From positions 928,001-992,000 of the forward strand of contig OY968764.1 in the NCBI GenBank assembly GCA_963695335.1: a stretch of DNA of 64,000 bases. Direction: 5' to 3'. A program made the position numbers and the translations under genes. This document shows positions 60,301 to 64,000 of the stretch, piece by piece. Every line of letters starts with the position of its first letter. Positions within the stretch are counted from its first letter, which is position 1. This DNA comes from an uncultured bacterium. Its GTDB lineage: Bacteria > Babelota > Babeliae > Babelales > Vermiphilaceae. The notes below the pieces were generated by a model that had not been told where the DNA came from, ran no database searches, and saw only the letters and a list, made by a program, of their open reading frames with translations.

Positions 60301-63300
60301 ATACAGGTATTTCTGCATCTACCGCAAATACACTTTCATTTGATGTAAGTGGATCTGAACAGATGAATATTAGTTCATCTGGTGTTACTATTGATGTATT
60401 TAGTACAGCTGGTGTTGTACACAATAGCTCTGCAGGTCTATTATCAAGTTCATTGATTGTTGATGCAGATATTACTGCTGCGACCATTACCAATGATAAA
60501 TTGGCTGATATCTCAAGCTCTAATGTACCGGGTGATATTGTTGTCCGTGATTCTTCAGGCAATTTCCAAACAAATATGATAACTATTTTTGGTACTACAA
60601 CAAATAATACTGATGTTGCTACTAAAGCATATGTTGATACTGCCGTGACTACTGGTATTATTCCTCATACTCCTTGCGTTGTGGTGAGTACAAGCAATGT
60701 TGCTTTAACAGGATTGCAAACAATAGATGGTGTAACACTTGTAGCAAATGACCGTGTTCTTCTTGTTGGTCAAACTAATGAAGTACAGAATGGTATTTGG
60801 CTTGCCCAAAGTAGTGCATGGACATCTCCAACAGATTGGGTTTCAGGAGATGAGGCTGGTACAGCATATGTATTAATTACTGAAGGTGTAGATAATGCTG
60901 GATCAAGTTGGTTATGTAATACGCCAACGGCAATTATTGGTACTGATGATGTAACATTTGTAGAATTTAGTTTACCAAGTGCTACAACAGGTAATAACGT
61001 TGGTGGTGGATCAGGGCAAGTATATCAAAGCAAATCAGGTGTTACGTTAAACTTTAGAACATTAAGTGTTGCTGACACATATATGTCTATTGTTACCAAT
61101 AGTGATAATGTTGGATTTAGTACAAATGCGACAAGCGCAAATACAGCAAACGAGATTGTTGCTCGTGATAGTTCAGGGAATTTTTCTGCTGGTACTATTA
61201 CTGCAAGTTTAACAGGACATGCATCACTTGACCTCCCGTTAACAGGAGGCACATTGACTGGTACATTAATAGTACCAGCAGGAACGGTTGCTGCACCATC
61301 AATTGAATTTACCGGTAGCAGTACAGGAACTGGTATAGCAGCACCAACGGCTGACACTCTTTCCTTTGATATTGCTGGAACTGAACAAATGAATATTAGT
61401 TCTTCAGGAGTTACTATTGATGGATTAAGCACCACAGGAGTTGTTCATAATAGTGCAGCAGGGTTATTATCAAGTTCATTAATTGTAAATGCTGATGTTG
61501 CCCCAGCCGCTGCGATAGTTGACTCTAAACTAGCAACTATTTCTACAACAGGTAAAGTCGCTAACTCTGCAACTACTGCAACAAATCTTAATACAGCAAA
61601 TGCAATTGTTGCACGTGATGCATCAGGTAATTTTTCTGCAGGTACTATTACCGCAAGTTTAACAGGTGCTGCATCATTAAACGTTCTCAAAGCTGGTGAT
61701 ACTATGACGGGTGCACTACAATTACCAGCAGGAACCACAGCATTACCTTCACTTGTGTTTACGGGAAGTATAACAAGCGGACTTTCAGCAAGTACTGGTA
61801 ATTTATCATTCAGCACGAACGGCGTAGAACAGTTGAAAATATCATCAGGTGGAACAATTTCCATTGATGCATTTACTGCCGCAGGAATTGTACATAATAA
61901 TGCATCAGGTAACTTATCAAGTTCATTGATTGTTAATAGTGATGTCGATCCAAATGCTTCTATTGTTGATACAAAATTAAATACCATTTCTACAGCCGGC
62001 AAGGTTGCAAACTCTGCGACAACAGCAACAAATCTTAATACAGCAAATGCTATTGTTGCCCGTGATAGTAATGGTAATTTCTCTGCAGGAACAATCAGTG
62101 CAAACTTGATTGGTAATGTCACTGGTAATGTTACCGGACATGCATCATTAGATTTACCCCTTGCAGGGGGTATTATGACGGGGACATTGCAATTGCCAGC
62201 AGGAACTGCCGCTGCACCATCATTGCAATTTACCGGAAGCACAAACAGTGGTATATCAGCAGCTACTGCTAATACATTATCATTTGATAGTAATGGTATC
62301 GAGCAAATGAATATTAGTCCAAGTGGAGTTACTATTGATGGATTGAGTACAGTAGGAGTTGTACATAATAGTGCTGCAGGATTACTTTCAACATCATTAA
62401 TTGTTGATGCAGATATTACCGCTGCAACGATTACTAATGATAAATTAGCAAACATATCAAGTTCCAATGTTGCTAATGATATTGTTGTTCGTGATAGTTC
62501 AGGTAATTTTAGTGCAGGAACTATTACTGCAAGTTTAACTGGTAATGTTACAGGAAGTGCTTCTAATAACGTTCTTAAAGCTGGTGATACCATGACTGGT
62601 ACGTTACAACTACCAGCAGGAACCACCGCATTACCTTCTCTTGTGTTTACAGGTAGCACAACAAGTGGACTTTCAGCAAGTACTGGTAATTTATCATTCA
62701 GCACGAATGGCGTAGAACAGTTGAAAATATCTTCTGGCGGAATAATTTCAATCGATGCATTCACCACTCCAGGAATACTACACAATGATTCTTCAGGTAA
62801 CTTATCAAGTTCATTGATTGTTAATAGTGATATTAGTGCTACTGCTGCAATAACAGATAATAAATTAAATACCATTTCTACAGCTGGTAAAGTTGCTAAC
62901 TCTGCAACAACAGCGACAAATCTTGATACGTCAAATGCTATTGTTGCGCGCGATAGTTTAGGTAACTTCTCTGCAAGCACCATAACTGCAAGCTTAACGG
63001 GACATGCATCATTAGATCTTGCTTTGGCTGGTGGCACTATGACTGGTACTTTAACAATGCCAGCTGGTTCTATTACTTCTCCATCCATAGAGTTTACAGG
63101 CAGTAGTGCGGGAACAGGTATCACTGCAGCAACCACTGATATTCTTTCCTTTGATATTGCTGGAACTGAGCAAATGAATATCAGTTCTTCAGGCATTACT
63201 ATCAATGGATTAAGCACTGCAGGGGTTGTACATAATAGCTCTACAGGACTTTTGACAAGTTCATTAATTATAAATGCTGATATTGCTGCAAATGCTAATA

Positions 63301-64000
63301 TTGCCAATGGTAAATTGGCAACACTTACCACTCCCGGTTTGGTTGCTAACTCTGCAACAACCGCAACAAATCTTGACACAGCAAATGCTATTGTTGCACG
63401 TGATGCATTTGGCAATTTTAATGCAGGAAATATTGTTGCAAGTTTAACTGGCGCAGCTTCATTAAACGTTCTTAAAGCTGGTGATACTATGACTGGTGCA
63501 CTACAATTACCAGCAGGAACAACAACATTACCTTCACTAATATTTACTGGAAGTACAACAAGCGGACTTTCAGCAAGTACTGGTAACTTATCATTCAGCA
63601 CGAACGGCGTAGAACAATTGAAAATATCTTCTGGTGGAATAATCTCTATTGATGCATTTACCACTGCAGGAATACTGCATAATGATGCATCAGGTAACTT
63701 ATCAAGTTCATTGATTGTTAATAATGATATTAGTACTACTGCTGCAATAACAGATAATAAATTAAATACCATTTCTACAGCCGGTAAAGTTGCCAACTCT
63801 GCAACAACAGCAACAAATCTTAATACAGCAAGCGCAATTGTTGCACGTGATAGCTCCGGTAATTTCTCTGCAGGAACAATCAGTGCAAACTTGATTGGTA
63901 ATGTCACTGGTAATGTTACTGGACATGCATCATTAGATTTACCCCTTGCAGGGGGCACTATGACGGGAACTTTAATAATGCCGGCCGGTAGTGCTGCTGC
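51303..64000 (+). CDS. Fibre protein 5, >4232 aa, runs off the window (absent from the ORF track)
   Basis: AAAAGGA RBS, ATG 51303, MLTIHCPRFISLFMSFALLVAPLPLAA signal; same N-domain as fibres 1 and 2; short GXT tract; four ~2-kb repeats; still in frame at 63903 (offset 12600). Confidence 0.85.
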   Translation, partial: MLTIHCPRFISLFMSFALLVAPLPLAAIAEDMATTLSHIEMSNNDNVNTSYVYLGKDHSNIIEVINSISELDNQKNSPLIELKQHFEQGFLFAEYDAILEVAAYAESVLQKNYTKIDIQKAQKLASDLNTIIDIIFDGTLTVKSDDTISPITRAPLETWVINKNIDVLGKGTFHKHVHTKEGIHTQGKLKVDKTARFKKNVKIKDTLSVNDLVVTGSVTGITGGIGATGATGATGPQGITGATGSGSGATGNTGATGATGATGAMSSVVSDLTATNFSSTDTVIQNLTVINCIPELCVNNISVDNAVINNVLQLQDPGPGYIGLQAPTTVPTSYILTLPAAIPTAHQVMRANATIPTNLEWADNSGVSPIPVISKTIYVTTYGSDITGDGSFDNPYASLAQAIQLANSIALDVNPINIFIAPGIYVEDNSVNPLTVTAEGVSIVGEVSSGVVIMPNTPSNNLLLINVPIHISDIAFQSFAPLATGITLAAGNLTTLTNVDLINFLVGVDCVGGPENSYDFMNCYFGNNGTAILVNNAFVSVNSTSIFGTTLESNPSANNAITVTGSGANLVMNGGIIALCEIALTITNNAIVAATATSFRLNVFDVEQNGASQSTFVGCTFELTESSSDIDFQVSDPGTIVEIISCECSGSGILGLPQGTAMLVTNNASVNISGGSIHNYITGIEIGTSSDTSSTSLFSSSLVIKDCTMDIIQQGSTTFNFNAGTASSTKITINDSTNVNLAFFDLDINNALTIGSTANVNTTLIQAAVTSSEQPKIGYLSSLYSSQAIGVENFLNNPTSSFILTDNNASFTSVTTDRSKTSTINLFSDEGVTIGGTSALRGWNIQKNGSSAELAFNYQNSDSSGQVPVSEYTVMQIDGLNNQLQLPTPGTEIVFDTDTNLYRSAANVLKTDSNFIVGTLTPNRAVATNPTTNQLISSATTTTELGYVSGVTSPIQAQINSKVAKAGDSMTGALNMLLQNSVRFQDLVGNYVGINAPASVPTSYTISLPSTAPTANQVLSANGTTPTNLQWITPGTSVIPLNSRTIYVTQYGNDITGNGSLTAPFASLSQAISLANSLSSNLDPISILISTGTYIEDNSTGPLTVNADGVSIVGDSSNGVVIIPNTPTNNFLLINNPIQMINLTFESAAPLATGMTMFSNNLSVLENIYMYNFLVGIEGVGGLSNSSYGFNNCLFIGNGTALLIDGAHAECNSCTFFGTPSLSGPAANTGVVVTGSLANAVISGGVIGVCTTGLHVTNDAICTSSAISFRLNNFDILQDGASQMTCSACTFELASDSSDIKIQVEDAGTFAEIVGCSFNGNNVSNVPEGIAIQVTDNAFVDIVSSVIINYVTGIEIGTSTDTASTIISAASCTIRNCTTDILQQGSASLNYNASIASSNKITINDATNISLSYFDLNNDNALTIGSTADQDINVIELAIDPINNPVFNYKSSLYSTQALGFENIYGSPSSLYALSANNTDLISITTDRTKIAGLQLISDTGSPVGGTSALRGWNINKNGSSAELSFNYENSDMSGLSLVPAYTLMQLDGVNNQLQLPTANTQIVFDTDTNLYRSAANVLQTDDNFIVGTLTPNRVVATDPTTNQLISGAATVTELGYLSGVTSSIQTQINGKVAKAGDSMSGTLSMLTQNAIHFQDNGGNYVGINAQATIPSSYTVSLPTTIPTGRQILRANATTPTNLEWADEGGSVVPAISQTVYVTMYGSDVTGDGSFDHPYATLSKAISVANSLASASYPIAIFMGPGNYIEDNSAGPLTITSAGITITGNSSNTTFIIPDTLSNDLLLINDTVNISNMTFLADGLSTASGLSLTTGNFATFNNIQIFNFQTGVNATGTSSIYVFDNCQFINNGTGIFSNDTNIQCNNCIVFGNSTVATNIGINVTGASSFFVMSGGSCALCVTALIIDNNTSATINAASFKFNNTDIMQTGASSVILSSCTFEVTNNSSDINIQLSGAGTSANIIGCEFNGASSLNVPQATAFLVSNNASLNLSSSTIKNYTTGIQVGLSTDTSLTVLNASNITTQNNTNDVIQNGSTTANITASSIDLDAISINDSTNVTIAAFDTDDNNTLTIGSLSDEDTSLIQAAINTTTHPEIKYKSSLYSTQAIGFNNPLSNSSSLFIQSLDNANLTAVTTDNTDIAGLRLVSDTGSPVGGTSALRGWDINKNASTAELSFSFQNSDVSDSEPVVTEFTVMQLDGFNNLVQLPTAGTKIVFDGDTNLYRSAANVLKTDSNLIVGTLTPGFTVITDPSTNELASSVTTSTELSYVHGVTSPIQTQINSKVAKAGDSMTGTLTMLAQNAIHFQDSASNYVGINAPATVTSSYTLSLPTTVPTVSQTLRAGAITPTNLEWVTEGGAITPAVSETIYVTQYGNDITGDGSFDSPYATLAQAIITANSLANSSNPIVIFIAPGLYIENNSAGALTITSNGISIVGDSTTGVMIMPSTPANDLLQANTTIRITDLTLQSSSPLATGFVMNAGNLSTCNSVRFVNFLTGVLCSGGASQLYGFDACIFISNTTGLTVNDSRVQTIGCSFFGTPSVSNPAVNTGINITGSGANVIIDGGTVGKCNIGFTINNNSTITISSTAFKFNTFDVIQTGASHMVLSGSSFELTNGISDVDIQISDSGTIAEIIGCQFNGNSSLGVAEGQCIMVSNNAFLSISNGSIQNYTTALQIGTSTDTASTIAAVSGCTISNCTTDILQEGSATLNFDAGAISSNNITINDSTNVSLAYFDLSNNNQLTIGSTSDVNTGLIATNIGTSSNPSIDYISSLYSTQAIGFYNPLSNPSTLFVQSSDNANLTAVTTDNTDLAGLRLVSDTGSPVGGTSALRGWDINKNASTSELSFSFQNSDVSDSEPVVSEFTVMQLDGFNNLVQLPTAGTKIVFDGDTNLYRSAANVLKTDSNFIVGTLTPGFAVITDPSTNELESSVTTSTELSYVHGVMSSIQTQINGKVAKAGDTMTGTLVLPAGSAAAPSLQFTGSTNTGISASTANTLSFDVSGSEQMNISSSGVTIDVFSTAGVVHNSSAGLLSSSLIVDADITAATITNDKLADISSSNVPGDIVVRDSSGNFQTNMITIFGTTTNNTDVATKAYVDTAVTTGIIPHTPCVVVSTSNVALTGLQTIDGVTLVANDRVLLVGQTNEVQNGIWLAQSSAWTSPTDWVSGDEAGTAYVLITEGVDNAGSSWLCNTPTAIIGTDDVTFVEFSLPSATTGNNVGGGSGQVYQSKSGVTLNFRTLSVADTYMSIVTNSDNVGFSTNATSANTANEIVARDSSGNFSAGTITASLTGHASLDLPLTGGTLTGTLIVPAGTVAAPSIEFTGSSTGTGIAAPTADTLSFDIAGTEQMNISSSGVTIDGLSTTGVVHNSAAGLLSSSLIVNADVAPAAAIVDSKLATISTTGKVANSATTATNLNTANAIVARDASGNFSAGTITASLTGAASLNVLKAGDTMTGALQLPAGTTALPSLVFTGSITSGLSASTGNLSFSTNGVEQLKISSGGTISIDAFTAAGIVHNNASGNLSSSLIVNSDVDPNASIVDTKLNTISTAGKVANSATTATNLNTANAIVARDSNGNFSAGTISANLIGNVTGNVTGHASLDLPLAGGIMTGTLQLPAGTAAAPSLQFTGSTNSGISAATANTLSFDSNGIEQMNISPSGVTIDGLSTVGVVHNSAAGLLSTSLIVDADITAATITNDKLANISSSNVANDIVVRDSSGNFSAGTITASLTGNVTGSASNNVLKAGDTMTGTLQLPAGTTALPSLVFTGSTTSGLSASTGNLSFSTNGVEQLKISSGGIISIDAFTTPGILHNDSSGNLSSSLIVNSDISATAAITDNKLNTISTAGKVANSATTATNLDTSNAIVARDSLGNFSASTITASLTGHASLDLALAGGTMTGTLTMPAGSITSPSIEFTGSSAGTGITAATTDILSFDIAGTEQMNISSSGITINGLSTAGVVHNSSTGLLTSSLIINADIAANANIANGKLATLTTPGLVANSATTATNLDTANAIVARDAFGNFNAGNIVASLTGAASLNVLKAGDTMTGALQLPAGTTTLPSLIFTGSTTSGLSASTGNLSFSTNGVEQLKISSGGIISIDAFTTAGILHNDASGNLSSSLIVNNDISTTAAITDNKLNTISTAGKVANSATTATNLNTASAIVARDSSGNFSAGTISANLIGNVTGNVTGHASLDLPLAGGTMTGTLIMPAGSAA
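51960..52097 (+). repeat. Short collagen-like GXT repeat in fibre gene 5
   Basis: [21 protein letters not shown]...GNTGATGATGATGA. Confidence 0.8.
52260..60240 (+). repeat. Four tandem ~2.0-kb (~670 aa) beta-helix-like modules within fibre gene 5
   Basis: SALRGW at ~53815, ~55825, ~57822, ~59832; each unit runs from (G/I)xxAP..VP.SY..LP through TIYV..YG.D.TG.GS to TNLYRSAANVL and KVAKAGD. Confidence 0.85.

Noticed and set aside
61445..63958. 837-aa minus-strand ORF and the many other antisense ORFs between 28 and 64 kb
   Set aside because: Shadows of the Thr/Gly/Ala/Ser/Asn-rich sense frame; V/P/A/L-rich, no RBS, and they repeat in step with the sense modules

Overview
AT-rich bacterial chromosome segment. 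The gene content and style (many signal-peptide hypotheticals, an Hc2-like histone, SAM uptake genes) suggest a protist-associated intracellular bacterium such as Candidatus Dependentiae/Babeliota; this is inference. The first ~27 kb is mostly housekeeping: ppiD-like, recA, infC-rpmI-rplT, zapB-like-zapA-(6S RNA?)-rny-ymdB, proS, xerD, dnaN, recF. It is interspersed with secreted hypotheticals, a DUF62 SAM hydrolase plus EamA transporter operon behind a Met-rich micro-ORF, a signal peptide-Hint-toxin gene with two tandem immunity-like genes, an FKBP lipoprotein and a dipeptidyl peptidase III. recA, rny and ymdB carry single-base indels, probably sequencing errors. From 26.5 kb to the window end lies the main finding: a GT2-TPR glycosyltransferase next to at least five giant signal-peptide fibre genes (1407, 1042, ~1950, 3261 and >4232 aa). 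The last is missing from the ORF track because it runs off the window. The fibres are built from shared shuffled modules: GXT collagen-like tracts, a ~670-aa beta-helix-like block, 14-aa NTAVG repeats and, in the four complete genes, C-terminal peptidase S74 chaperones. They share near-identical inverted DNA blocks, and their intergenic regions hold long regulatory-looking palindromes. No phage capsid, terminase or integrase genes are present.
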